Positions 25,078-38,598 of a stretch of DNA of 64,000 nt are shown piece by piece; the stretch's first letter is position 1; each line of letters begins with the position of its first letter. Under the pieces are notes generated by a model. It was given only the letters and a program-made list of their open reading frames with translations, was not told the origin of the DNA and made no database searches. The stretch is from Felis catus (taxonomy: Eukaryota), in contig NC_058368.1 in the NCBI RefSeq assembly GCF_018350175.1, positions 121,832,001 to 121,896,000 of the forward strand, in the 5' to 3' direction. The translations under genes were made by a program, and so were the position numbers.

Positions 25078-26375
25078 CTGTTGGGGAAATAAATCAGAGG
25101 GTCAGTTATTTTTAAAAATGATTATTTCTGTGAAGACCTCTTCTTTGGATGTGAGCTGTTAATTCTTCCAGTGGCCCAGGTCTGAATCCAGGCTGGGCTC
25201 TCTTTAGCCAGGGGATATTAGGATGGATTTATGAGCTGCTTATGTGGTGAGTGTGGATTAAAAACTTTGCTGAATTAGCTGGTGGCCTATAGAAGGGCCC
25301 AGAAGGTGGTACAGTCCCCTTTTCTAAACTGATTGGCTAGTAGGCATTAGAGGACACCATTCATTGCATCTTTAACTCAACACATGTCTACTGCCTTCCT
25401 ACTATGAGCTTGGGCTAGGCAGTGAACACAATACCCTTTGTGTGTTTTCTTCCAGTGTGGAGGCAGATGAACATTCACATGGGCCTTTTATTCTGAGAAA
25501 GGTGAGGAGACCTCACAGAAAGGATCACTGAGCTGTGTTGTGATAATGTAAGCCAGCAAATGCAGGGAGGTTCGTTATAACCTGCTGACAGATGATGGTT
25601 TGGATTTGGCGAGAGCAGTGGTGGGAAATGGTGAACTTTCCCGACATGTTTGCAGGGAGACCTGATAGGACTCGTGGATGATGCACCGGTAAAGTACGAG
25701 AGAAGGGGAATCAAGATGGCTCCTTGACCTATCTCTTGAGCAAGTGGAAGGATGGAGTTGCCATTTGTGTTTTTGGGTATGATCATTTGGAGATGTCCAT
25801 GCAGGTGGAGCTGCCGAGGAAAGTCTGACGTAAAGCCTGCATCCCTGAAGTATGTACCATTTCTCCCGTTGGCATTTTAAGAAGCAAGGTTATTAGCTGA
25901 GAGTGAGGGAGGGCAGGAGAGGCTTAGGAATCAATGCTGCATTGTTGGACGGCACTGGGGCCCCATGAAATTGTTGGATGTGAATTTTATATGAGACTGT
26001 TCCTCACGGTTGGGTCATTCATCCCATGTTCGATGAGATGTTTTGGGTATTGAAAAGCTCTCTGAGTCATTTGGACAGTGAAAGTATAACTCTGCAAATG
26101 GCCGCTTGCAGTCTTGGGCCTTGTCAGGGTACCTACTTCACTGCTTTGGTGACAAGAGAATCCATGTGTGGCATTTGATAACTCTGCTGTAGCTGAACTC
26201 ATTGTCATTCCTTCTCCTGCCATGTTTTGGGCATCCTGGACGTGGTACAAGTCTGATGTAGAAGGCCATTTCTGTTTGTAGGGCTGAAGATCTCTAGTGA
26301 TTGTTAGGAGTCTTTTGAGCAAAGAAACAGAAGAGAGTCTGAGGGCAAAAATAGGACTGATTCTTGATCCTGACC

Positions 26376-26597
26376 AGGGTTTGGCAAACCTCTTCTATAA
26401 AGGGCCAGAGAGTAAATATTTACGCTTTTTGGGCCATATGACCTTGCTGCAAACTCTCAGCTCAGCCCTTGTAATGTGAAAGTAGCCATAGGTAATACAT
26501 AAACAAATGAGTGGTGGGGTTGTATTCTAACAGAACTTTATTTACAAAAACAGGTGGGGGACAGGATTAGCTTCTGGGTCATAGTTTTGTCTACTGA
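26376..26597. mobile_element. MER58A-like MITE
   Basis: cagggtttggcaaacctcttctataaagggccagagagtaaatattt ... aactttatttacaaaaacagg. Confidence 0.8.
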
Positions 26598-26703
26598 GGT
26601 CTTTGATGCCTTTTCTGGACTTGTCATTGACTTGTTTCTAAGTTCTTTGTCACAGAGGAAATAGAAGCCTGGGGCAATGGAAGCTAAATTTGTTGTTCCA
26701 GTG

Positions 26704-28959
26704 TAGGCACACCTCGGAGATATTGGGGGTTCCAGACCACTGCATTAAGGTGAATATCGTAACAAAGTGAGTTAAATAAACTTTTTGCTTTCCTTGGGCA
26801 TGTGAAGGTTATGATTACACTATACTGTAGTCTATTAAGTGTGCAATAAATCTCCTTATCTAAAAAAACAATGTATATACCTTAATAAATACTTAATGGC
26901 TAAAAAAATGCTAAACATGAGATTTCCAGAGAGTTGTCCTCTTTTAGTAGTAGTAGGTCTTGCCTCAGTGTTCATGGCTGCGGCAATTTCTTAAAATAAG
27001 ACAATAAAGTTTGCCATATTGATGGACTATTTCTTTCACAAATGATTTCTCTGTAGCATGTGATGCTGTTTGATAGCATTTTACTCACAGCAGAGCTTCT
27101 GTCAGAATGGGAGTCAATTCTTTCCAATTCTGCTGTTGTTTTATCAATGAAGTTTATGGGATAATCTGAATCCTTTGTTGACATTTCCACAGTCTTCCCA
27201 GCATCTTCACTGGGAGTAGATCCCATCTCAAGAAATCATGTTCTTTGAACTCCACATCCTTTGAAGTTTTATCATGAGATTATGGTGACTCAGTTCCATC
27301 TTCAGGCTCCACTTGATATTTCCATCACATCTGCAGTGATTTTTCTCCACTGAGGTCTGGAACCCCTCAAAGTCCTCCCTAAGGTCTGGAATAACTTTTT
27401 CTAAACTCCTGTGAATGCTGATGTGTTGGCTTCTTCCCATGAGTGACATATGCTCTGAATGGCATATACTATGTTAGATTCTTTCCAGAAGGCTTTGCAT
27501 TTATTTTGCCTGCATCCATCAGAGGAATCACTTACCTAGGACAGCTATAGCCTCATAAAATGTATTTCTTCAATAATAAGACTTGAAAGTCAAAATTGGA
27601 GTCAACCCTTTCAAACCCTCCTGCTGCTTTATCAGCTGTGTGTGAGAGTCTAAATTTGTGTTACTACATATGAGAACAACATTAATCTCACTGTCCATCT
27701 ACATCAGAGCTTTTGGGAGATAGGGTACACTGTCAATGAGCAATAATACTTTTAAAGGAATCTTTTTTTCTGAACAGTAGGTCTCAACAGTGGGCTAAAA
27801 ACACTCAGTAAACCACGTTGTAAACAGAGAGCGTGCTGTCACCCAGGCTTTGTTGTCCCATTTGTAGAGCACAGGTGAGTATATATAGCATATTTCTTAA
27901 GGGCCCTAGGATTTTCAGAATGGTAAATGAGCTCTGGATTCAACTTAGTCACCCACTGCATTTGCTCCTAACAAGAAAGTCAGCCTGTCCTTTGACGCTT
28001 TGTTGCCAGGTACTGACTTCTCCTCTCTAGCTATAAAACTCCTTGATAGCATCTTTTTCCAAAGAAGGTTGTTTTTTCTACATTGAAAATATGATGCTTG
28101 GTATAGCCACCTTCATGAATTATCATGCCTGGATCTTCTGGATAACTTGCTGTCGCTTCTATATCAGCACTGGCTACTTCAGATGTACTTTGGTGTTCTG
28201 CAGCTGGCTTCCTTCCTTAAACCTCCTGAACCAACCTCTCAATCTTTTCTTCTGCACCTTCCTAATCTCTCTCACCCTTGACAACATTGAAGAGAGTTAG
28301 AGCCTTGCTCTGGATTATACTTTGGCTTAAGGGGATGTTGGGCCTGGTTTCATTTTTCTCTCCGGACCACTCATGTGTTTGCTGGAGTAGCACTTTTAAT
28401 TCCCTTCAAGTACTTTGCCTTCAACATTCACACCCTGGCAAACTGTTTTGTGTAAGAGGCCTACCTTTCAGCCTACCTTGCTTTTTGCACAGCTTCCTTG
28501 CTGTGCTTAATCATTTCTAGTTTATGACTGAAAGTGAGAGATGTGGGACTCTTCCTTTTGTATGAACACTTTGAAGCCATTGGAGGGTTATTGCCTGGCC
28601 TAATTTCAACATTGTTGTGTCCAAGGAATATGGAGGCCAGAAGAGAAGCAGATATATGGGGAAAGGCTGGCAGGCAAACACACACACACACACACACACA
28701 TCATATATTCATTAAGCTCACATGGGCACAGTTTGTGGCACCCCAAAACAATTATGATAGTAATGCCAAAGATCATGCAGCACAAATCATCATAACATAT
28801 GATAAAGCTTGGAGATGGTAAACATGACACAGAGATGTGAAATGAGCAAATGTGTTGGAAAAATGGCACTGGTAGACTTGGTCAATGTGGGGCTAAAACA
28901 AGCCTTCAAATTTTTTTAAAGGCAGTATCTGGGAAGTGCGATAAAATTAGACATGCCTA
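26704..28959 (-). mobile_element. Near-full-length Tigger1 DNA transposon fossil (~2.26 kb)
   Basis: Both degenerate TIRs present (taggcacacctcg ... acatgccta followed by TA). ORF 26972-27226 (..[24 protein letters not shown]) matches the Tigger1/TIGD1-type transposase C-terminus. Reading frame otherwise broken. Confidence 0.9.
28678..28699. repeat. (CA)n microsatellite inside Tigger1
   Basis: About 11 CA units. Confidence 0.9.
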
Positions 28960-29853
28960 TACTCTAGTTTTCCTACTTTTTGGAGAAAAATTTGAGCCAA
29001 ATAGCTCCTTATTTTCAGCCTTATCTCCATGCTACTCATTCCTCTGATGTGGTAATGGAGCACTTTGCAGAGAAGACATGGATGCGGAGTGTTCTGAGAA
29101 CAGAGAAACTGGTTTTGAAAACACATGGTTAAGCAGTTTCTATGATACAGAACTTCTCAGAATCCTACAATGGTTGGTAACTGTAAAGCTCTAAGAAGGG
29201 TATAGATGATTATTTTCACTGTAATTAGTGTTAGAAAAGTATTTCACTGTAATTACTGAAAAATTTTTTTGGTTCAGCCTATACTCTTCTTTATGAACAT
29301 ATCAAACCATGGGTGGTTTGGAAGTGTGGATCCATTAGGAGGAACCACATTGCCCAAAACTATAAATAGTTCTTGAAAGACAAAAGTCAGGAGGGATCCA
29401 AAGGAAAATCTGGTCTGAACTAATACTTTCTCCTCCTCAACAGCTAAATTTTGGGCTGTTCCTACTGCTTTGGCTTCAAGTCCCCTACAGAAAAAGAACA
29501 TTGAATATGAAGGTATGTTATCTTTATGTTGTGTTGCTAAAACAGGAAAGAAAACCTGAGGCAAACAAGATGGACCAACCTCCATCAGAGAAGAGAAGGT
29601 TAAGAACATTCATTAGAAACATCTAATATACAGAGCAAGAGACAACTTAAGACTCGCCCAATTTGATGTTTTCTTCATGTTCTAAATATTTGTTGTCCAT
29701 GTTCCTATTGTGTATGGCTTTCTTGACACTAAACTGAACCTCTCAACATAGAGGTCCTTAAATCATGAACTCATGGAAGCCTGGTGTTGTACAGTTAATG
29801 AACTGCTCGTGAGGCCCAGCAAGAGTCAACTCTATTGGTTGGTTCTTAGATTT

Positions 29854-30070
29854 CAGGGGTTGACAAACTTCCCTTGTGAAGAGTCAGCAGGTATTTTAGG
29901 GTTTGTGGGCTATAATGTCTCTGTCACAACCACTCAACTCTGCCACTGTACTGTGAAAGCAACCAAGGACAATATATGCATGATCAGATGTGCTGTGTTT
30001 CAGTAAAACTTCTTGTACTGAAACAAATGGAGGCTAGATTTGGCCCACCAGCCACAGTTTGCCAACCCCT
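29854..30070. mobile_element. MER58A-like MITE
   Basis: TIRs caggggttgacaaact ... agtttgccaacccctg. Confidence 0.85.
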
Positions 30071-31239
30071 GTTCTGTAGGAAAACTTGAAAATAGCTAAT
30101 TATAGATAAGTCTACAATTTGTTATTCCTGGAAAGATGCTTGAGATCAGTTGATGCATGTATGAAAATACACAGCAGGAACATTACTTACTTCACTCCCC
30201 AGGGAAGGTATTAGTAACTGATGATGGAATTATTTCCCTATGGGCCAGCCCTCACAGTCTTTTTCAACAGTGTTCTAGGAATTCAGAGTTTATTTAGCAT
30301 CTTTGATAAATTAACATTTTTATATAGCATATGAATTTAAATTGCTTTGAAATATGCTATGTAAAGTTGAAATACACTTTTGTAACACTGCATTTCAATA
30401 CATGTGCTAGGATACCTATTTCATAGCCTTTGACAAAGAATACTTCCACATCTACCACTAGCTGAACTTGGTTTGAGAAGCAGGCTCTTAAAATGCTTAT
30501 TATTCCATGTCACAGCTCACTGTGTTCTAAAACTAGCTTTGTTCTTAAAGCCTTTCTCTAAAATGAAAGTGCTAATTGCTCCTGCCACTGAAGAGCCTAA
30601 ATCCAGTTTTCTCTAATCCAGGCTTGCCATCAGGCTACACCCCTGTCAACACCACCCACACTCAGGTTCTACTCAACACTGCCCTCTGTTTGGTATGGAG
30701 TTCGTAACACTAGATGTTTGTCTGTGTAGTTGGAAGATGACGTTCCAGTTGGCTCTAGCCCTGGGCTGAAGGTGAGAGCCTGAAGGTAAGTGCTGTGAAG
30801 CGGGGCCCTGAAGTCTGGAAGGATCTAGGGGACAGTAAGACTCCAAATATATAGGGCAGGTTATTTCAACCATAAACTATCTCAATTACATACGTTGTCT
30901 TCAGTTCTGGCCGCCAAACCTTCTCATAGGACCTTGTGTTACTCACAGCTGGTCAAAGTCCTGGGGGGTCCTCAATCTTCTCTCTGAATTTCTTCTGAAA
31001 GGTTGGCTTCTCCTATGGCCACAGTAGTAGCAGGACTTTCGCTCATATGTGTCAAGGTGGAGTAGGTGGGCTCCTTGCTGCTCCAGACCATGATTCCTTA
31101 CCTCTTCTGAAGAGCTCCCTGCTTTCCTTGAAGACTCCCTGCTGTCTACCTTGTTAGAGTCAGCAACAGTTCTGAGTCCCTCTGCCACATTCCTTGAGGC
31201 AATTGTAACACCCAGATCCCCTGCCATCATTCTTGTCTC

Positions 31240-33490
31240 TCAGTTACTTGGCCTCATCATCTTCAGTGGTTTTTTTCCTTTGCCTCCTTGGTCGTTATGA
31301 GACTTGCCATGACTGTTAAGTGTACCTGTTTAACAAGTACTACTTAATTGCTACCTCCTACCTTTTTAGTTCACTCCCTTTACTATCTTGATTCCATTAA
31401 GTCTTTAAATCCATTTTCCTGTCTACTTTTCTTCACCAGTATTTCCCTCCTTACTACCTGAGGTTTAGTGGTCCATCCATCATTATAATCACACCCTTAG
31501 TATGTACCTTCAACAAATTTGACTTGCTCTCTCCTTCCATTGTACTCAAGTGGATCCTTGAGCAACTCTACAACACGTCTGTATTCAACTCAGTCTTAGA
31601 TGAGTGTTTTATACTTCTCACTCAACTAATGAACCTTGCTTCTTTTGAGAAAATAGAAGCAATAAGAAGAAATCATCTATTGTTCCCATCACAAAATTTA
31701 CAAACCTCCTGACTTTGATGGATGGATTGTCCATCTTCTCATCTAAGACCAATTCTACAGTGGACCTGTTCCATCTTGCTTCCCTCAAGCACTTAGCTGC
31801 TTGAATTATTCTTTCTCTACTGGCTTATTCCCATCAGCATAAAGTATACTGTGATACACTTTCCTTATGCCTATATCTCATTCCAGATACCACTCCATTT
31901 CTCTGTTGCCCTTCAAACTAAAATTTCTTGGAAGAGTTATCTGTACTCATTGCACTCACATCTTCCATTTATAGTCTCTCTTGAAACCCACGCAAATCAG
32001 ACCTTCATTACTACCACTCACCTCCACTTATATCCATTGGCCTATTTTCTACCCATTCCTATTTGATTTAGCAACAGCATTTAGTAGTTGGTGTTTCCTT
32101 CTCCTTGAAATAGTCTCTTTGGCTCCCAGAACGTTCCTCCTAGTTTGCCTTTTCTTAACCTGTAAATACCAGGTTCCCAGGGCACGGTCCTGACCTCTTC
32201 TTTTCTTTAAGCTAAGATACACCCAAACTCCAACTGAGCTGCCTATTTGCAGTTTCTGGATGTTTATTTGGCCCAAAATGTCCCAAACAAAATTCTCGAT
32301 TTCCTCATCTGCATAAAATGGCACTGCCATTTTCCTAATTGGGCAGGATAAAAAAAACCTCGTTTCCTCTTACATCACATATCCAATTTGTTGCCAACTC
32401 CTATTGATTTTACAAGAATTTGGCCACTTCCATTCATCACAAGCTCATCTGAGCTACTCTCAGCCTTTGCCAGAATGTTGCAATAACTTCTTTACTGTTG
32501 TGTTTGCTACTATGTCCCCCTATAGGCTCTCCTCCCTAGCATAGCCAGAATGTGCTGGTCAATGATGAAAATGTTCTGGAATGGGACAGTGGTGAGGGTT
32601 CCACAACTTTGTGAATACACTCACATAGACTTCGAAAGGATGGATATTAGGGTATGTGAATTATGTTTCAAGAAAAATAGGTAAGTTAAATCCCTGTCTA
32701 GAATTTTTGTACTTCTTTTAATCTAACCCAAAATATCTTAAAAAGACCAGTTTATTCCTGACTCTTGATCTTTGCTTCCATTGGGCTCTTACCTGAAATG
32801 AACTTCCTCAAATCCTTTCTACCTCGAAACCTGGTCTTCCTCTTCTAAGAAAAAGCCATTCTAAACACTGCACACTGCCTTCTCCTTTGTTCCCTTGGTC
32901 CATAAACCTACCAACCATTTAGCCAATGCTTAAGCCAAAAACCTGTACACTTCTTGGTTGCTCTTCTCTTCATATTGAATCAGCAAGCGAAACTCACAGA
33001 CTCTCCTCCTGCCTCTCCCTCTAACCGCATGCTGCCAATTCCAGAGCCCCAACTTTCATCATTTCCTCCAAAGCCTTTTAATGGTTTTCCATTGTACTCA
33101 GCCTGAAGACAAAATAACCTAATGTTCTTTACCAGGGCCTAGATTTCTAGACTTCTTGATATCTTGAATACAGAACATGGGCAGAAGAACTTTCTGAACA
33201 CACCAGCTATGAACATACTATCCTTCTAACAATATGATTTTTCTGGCTAGCTCCTGTCATTCAAGACTCAGCCTTAGGGTTTCTTTTCACCAGACTGACC
33301 CTCCTTGTGTGTGCTCCCATGCACACAGTACCATCTCTTGCATCACGGCCTACTCAGTTCCCTGTTCATCACCTGGCTTCCCCATCACACAGTCAGCTCA
33401 AAGAGAGCAGGACCGTGTCTGTCTTGTTCACCTCTGTATCTGCAGTATCCATCCCACATTTAAATGGTCAGTAGATATGGGTTAAATTGA
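31240..33490 (+). mobile_element. Degenerate L2 fragments with a short L1 3' piece (about 32547-32675)
   Basis: Pyrimidine-rich L2-like motifs; L1 tail-like aatgttctggaa ... acaactttgtgaatac. Confidence 0.5.
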
Positions 33491-33677
33491 ATCCAAGCTC
33501 CTCCTTCTGTACCCTTGTCTAAATCCTATAGCAATTGCAGGCTGGACCATTTTATGGAATTTATGATAATGTACTGTCTTTTACTCTTGTGTACTGTAAG
33601 CCTTTGTAGGCAGAAGCTGACTTGGAGGTCCACAAAGGAAGTGCCTTATGGAACTATGGGTGGGTGGTGGTCCGTAC

Positions 33678-33847
33678 CTGGTAAGTTTCAATGGGGCGGT
33701 TTTCCATGTTGAGATCCCAGACTTTAACGGTCAGATAGTCTCTGGTCATGATATACCTCCCACTGTGGCTGAACTTCACATCCGAAATCGAAGAGATAAT
33801 TTCAGAGAAAAACGACCTGTTGCTTGGATCTTCGGGCTCTTCAAAAA
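33678..33847 (-). CDS. PPP2R2B: PPP2R2B (B55-beta) internal coding exon, 170 nt
   Basis: Minus strand: acceptor ...ccgtgcag at 33848-33849, donor gtacgg at 33676-33677. Translates (F)[56 protein letters not shown], a B55 WD40 segment. Ends in phase 0. Confidence 0.97.
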
Positions 33848-34199
33848 CTGCACGGCAGAAGCAAAACAAGACAAAATGAGCACATCCTTTTCAACTAACT
33901 CTACCATGTATGGGCCAGCTAGAAAGACAACAGTCTAACTTGGAGTAGAATCTTCAGAATGTGAGTAAGGTACTAATAGAGAACCGTCATTTCCCTGGAA
34001 GCAGAAAGTGGTTACTGGTTTCTGTATTTTCCTTCTCATGGAAGGACTCACATGGACCTGTACATTGATGGATCTAGCCCTGAGCATTTCCAAGCTCCAG
34101 GTCTATGGATCTACCTCTGTTACACAACTCCCCTGGTCTTTGTGGGTCACCTCACATATCAAAACTTGGAGTCATCTGAGATGCCTAAAAGTGTGTTTA

Positions 34200-34720
34200 T
34201 GGGTTTTTCTTAGATATAAAATTACATACTGTACAATTTCCTCATTTGAAGTTTATAGTTCATTGTTTTTGTCAGTATAATCACATACTTGTATAAGCAT
34301 TGCAACAATCTAAATTTCAAACTTTTCATCAACTAACCCTCAAAAATTCCATACCCATTTGCAGTTAATTCTGCTTCCCTACTCCTGCAGCCCTAGGAAA
34401 TGACTAATCTGTTTTATGGTTGTATGACATTACCTAATCTGGAAATTTCCCATAAATGGAATTATACAATGTAGGGTTTTCCTGTGACTACTTTCTCCCT
34501 TAGTAAACTGTTTCCAAGGTTCATCCATGCTCTAGTGGAAATCAGCACTTCATTCCTTTTGATGGGTGAATAATAACTCACTGTACGGATATACCAGATT
34601 TGGTTTATCCATTTATCAGTTGATAAACTCTTGGGTGTCTACTTTTTGGCTATTACACATAACACTGCTATGAATATTCATGCGTAAGCTTTTGTGTGGA
34701 CATTTATTTTCCTATCTTTT
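34200..34720 (-). mobile_element. L1MB-like 3' end
   Basis: tttccaaggttcatccatg ... cttcattcctttttgatgggtgaataata ... tttatccatttatcagttgat. Confidence 0.75.
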
Positions 34721-36390
34721 CGGTTATGGTTTTTAATAGTGTTGCTTTGCTGAGCCTCAGTCTTGTCTTTTGTGTATATTGTCCCTTTGCTCTGCTATCC
34801 AGGCACTTCTTACCTCAGTAGCTTCAGCTGATTTCCACTTACACGAATAAAGGCACAGCCCCTCAGATGGACAACAGAGCCCATCAAAAGTTGTTGTAAC
34901 ATGTCGATCTTGATTTTGAACTTCTCTGGTTCAAATGGAATATATAGAACATAGCTTAGGTATATTTTGAGTGTTCCCGTTTCTAGGCCTGATTGTTCTG
35001 TCTTCACAGACTGAAATCCCTCTGGGCTCTTACGCCTCATCTTTCGCATACCATCTTTGCCTTAAATGATTTTTTTTCACGGAAGCCCCCCACATTTGGT
35101 CTGGCCCACTTATTTAACAAGACCTCTGGTACTCTCACATTGCTGTTTAACACTATGCATGTTTGTCTTACTGCAATTGCAGTGCGAGCTTCTTTTTGGT
35201 TTTTCTTTGTACTTAAAGACTTGGGCACAAATGTTCAATAAACATGTGTTGCTTGATTAGAACCAAAGTTAGATAAATGAATGAATTCTTTGCCATCTGC
35301 GTGCTCAGCATGTATGATGCACAGTTACAGACATTTGCCCATACTTATTTTTAACCTAAAATAATGGCAACTGAGTATGGTTTCACTTAAGTGTTTGTAT
35401 CACAATCTTAAGCTGAACCAAACACCAGCCTGCAGGTTACTTCACTAACATATCCTCCAGAGATTTCTCTTTCCTGCTCTACACAGAGTCAGTGTCCAAT
35501 TCTATGTAGAAAACCCACGAATACAATGAGTTCTCTTTCAAACCTTGTTGGAACAGCCAAACCAAAATCGTAATTTTCACCTAACCATGTAAGAGAACAA
35601 CAAAAAACCCTCATCAATCAGAACTGAACTTGAGAATTAAGCCCAGTGAAACAGAAAAACCTCTTGGATTTTGATCAAGCATTAATGAAGGCCCCTGGCC
35701 TTGAAAACTAGATTTTTCACATTAGTTTCCCTTCAAGGGAATCTCATTAGGACTGGGCACTTAGAAACGCCAGGCAAGCTCCATGCCAACATCTCAATAG
35801 ACAAGCAGGAGCCCCGAGGCTTGGTCATCTCCACCTGATGCACCTGCAGTCAATGGGAAGGGATAAGCAGACCTACTCTGGAGTCCATCAATTTCTGCCT
35901 CTGTCACTTACCAGCTGTTCACATTTTATTTACTACGCCGAGATTCAGTTTTCCCAGCTGCAGAAGGGGGATGCATATTGCTCGGAACATATGATTGACA
36001 CATTGTAGGTTCTCAATAAATGTCAGGAGCTATTTTTATCCTCATTAGCATGCCCTGCTTCTCCATCAGCCAATCATATTTTATTTGAGACTGAGACTCT
36101 GGGACTGAGGACTACAAAACTTGTGGGCTATTTAAATGACATAAAGAATGTTTACAAGGTTATACCTAGCAATCTGTTCTCCACACATGTGGCCTACTGG
36201 GATGCCACTGTAGCAACCTTATAAGGCCGGAAAATGACAGCCCCAGAAGATGGAGGTGAGATGAAAGACGGCAATTCTTTCACCAGCCCACTACCCATTT
36301 TTATGTACGACACAGAGGGCAGGCTGTAGGTAATGTGCTGGCCAGCATAGCACTTGGCACCTTATACCATGTGTATGCATATCCAAGTCT

Positions 36391-36610
36391 CAATTTTTTT
36401 TTACATGTTTTTATACATTTTTGAGACAGAGAGAGACAGAGCATGAGCAGGGGAGGGGCAGAGAGAGAGAGGAAGACACAGAATCCAAAGCAGGCTCCAG
36501 GCTCTGAGCTGTCAGCACAGAACCCGACGTGGGGCTTGAACTCACAGACTGTGAGATCATGACCTGAGCTGAAGTCGGACGCTTAACTGACTGAGCCAAC
36601 CAGGTGCCCC
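36391..36610 (-). mobile_element. Can-SINE (SINEC_Fc)
   Basis: Perfect 14-bp TSD GCATATCCAAGTCT at 36377-36390 and 36611-36624; body aggctccaggctctgagctgtcagcacaga. Confidence 0.95.
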
Positions 36611-37319
36611 GCATATCCAAGTCTTAATACCAAGTTGATGATTTACTTTCATTCATTCAGCAGCAACACTGAATAGTACTGACAATTTCTGCTGACAGGG
36701 AGCTTACTATGTTCCAGGCCCTATGCTTTACATGCTTTATCTCATTTAATCCTTACACTAGTTCTCTGACATAGAAACAATAATTCTTTATTTTACAGAT
36801 GTGAACAATTAAGGCAGAGAGAGGTTGTGTCACCAGACGACAATACAGCTAGACTGAGGTACAGCTTCACTTTGCACTGAGATCTCGCTGACTTTCAAGT
36901 CCTTGTTCTTAACCATTCTGCCTAGTGTCATGTACAAGGCCTTATTTTAGTAGCTGTAAGAAGGTAACCAGGGTAGAATCTACATAGAATCACCGAATCA
37001 CCAAGCAGAAAGGCTCTTTTCCCCCTAATGATGACACTAAATATTTTAAATTGTGTATTAACTAGAGGACAGTGAGTGGAGGGGCTCTTAATGATGCTTG
37101 GTTCTATTCTATCCTTTTTATAAAGCCAAAGTCCTCAAAAGAAAAAACTCATTCCCAATATTTATGAAACACAGTTTCTACACAACAGGCTCATTGGTTC
37201 AAGCCTTACACCATCATCCGCAAGCATAGGTTGGGGACCTCAGGACTTCGTATGACCCTGTGACGATGTCTACACCACAAGAAGCCCAGACCCTCAGGCC
37301 ACCTCTAGCCCTTGCATTA

Positions 37320-37500
37320 TTATTTTTTTAAAGTTTATTTTGAGAGAGACAGCGCAAGTGGGGGAGGAGCAGAGAGAGGGACAGAGAGGATCTCTGTGCT
37401 GACAGCAGTGAGCCTGAAGCACGGCTCGAACTCATGAACTGCAAAATCATGACCTGAGGTGAAGTCAGATGCTTATTTGACTGAGCCACCCAGGCACTCC
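37320..37500 (-). mobile_element. Can-SINE
   Basis: tttattttgagagagac ... gactgagccacccaggcac. Confidence 0.88.
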
Positions 37501-38311
37501 TCACCCCTGAATTCTAATGTCTGTAGCCTGTCAGCAGTGAGGCAACCCCTCCTCCCACTGCCCTATTCCTCCAGTTTATATGCATTGGCCTTTAATATAT
37601 TTTGTGTCTCCTAATACCTAAGGTCTATGAGGGGAGGGAGTTTTGTCTGTTTTGTCATGCTATATTCCTTGAAACCTAGGACATACTCAGTAAATACATT
37701 AGATGAATGGATATTGACAACTCATTTTAAGTCTTACAGGAAAATAATACTTATCTATTAATTCAACAGGTACTGAAAGGAACCTATCAAAGCAATGCTT
37801 TATTCACCTCAAATTTGTTTCAATTCCTTGAAAAGTATGAAAAAATATATTCCATAGGAAGTCATCTGTAATTCAAGGTTTTCACTAATTCACCCTGAAC
37901 AATTACTTGTCAGCTATTTAAGTGTCTTTGATATGCAATGACACATGTGCAGAGTACTTAGTACATTACTTAGAACACACAAATAAAAACCATGTGTTGT
38001 TGGATGGACACAGGCCAGGCCCTGTACTACATACCAAGGACACAAGGAACGAGATCGATCCAGTCCTACTCTCACGGAACTCACAGGCCAGAGGAAGAAA
38101 CACATATTAAACAATCACACAAATTTAGTTATAGACATGAATAAGTGAGATTTTACTGCATTATCAGAGGGAAAGAAAGGAGCTAGTGGAATACAAACGG
38201 AACATCACTGTGTGGTCCATGTAATTTACTAAACACATGATGCAAAAGGATCCAGTGCTTGAGTATTTCTCTTGGTAACCTCTGGCTTGGCATTAAACGT
38301 CCTGCTGACCA

Positions 38312-38598
38312 GGGGGTGCCTAGGTGCTCAGTCAGTTGAGCATCCAATTCTTTTTTTATTTATTTTTATTTTTTTAATATAATTTATTGTCAAATTGGCT
38401 TACATACAACCCCAGCGCTCATCCCAACAAGTGCCCTCCTCAATGAGCATCCAATTCTTGATTTCAGCTCAGGTCATCATTTCAGGATCATGGGATCCAG
38501 CCCCGCATCAGGCTCCAAGCTGAGAGTGGAACCTGCTTGCGATTCTATCCCCCCTCCCCCCACTCCTGCTAGTGCTTTCTCTGTCTTAAAAAAAAAAA
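38312..38598 (+). mobile_element. Can-SINE interrupted by an L1 stub
   Basis: Head gggggtgcctaggtgctcagtcagttgagcatcc, resumes at 38444, A-tail 38588-38599. TSD-like tgctgacc on both sides. Confidence 0.88.
38353..38443 (-). mobile_element. 91-bp 5'-truncated feliform L1 3' end
   Basis: T-rich tail then aatttattgtcaaattggcttacatacaaccccagcgctcatcccaacaagtgccctcctcaa. Perfect 16-bp TSD TGAGCATCCAATTCTT at 38337-38352 and 38444-38459. Confidence 0.88.

Noticed and set aside
26972..27226. Transposase peptide as a domesticated TIGD-like gene
   Set aside because: Only an 84-aa remnant; the rest of the frame is disrupted and lies within TIR-bounded Tigger1.
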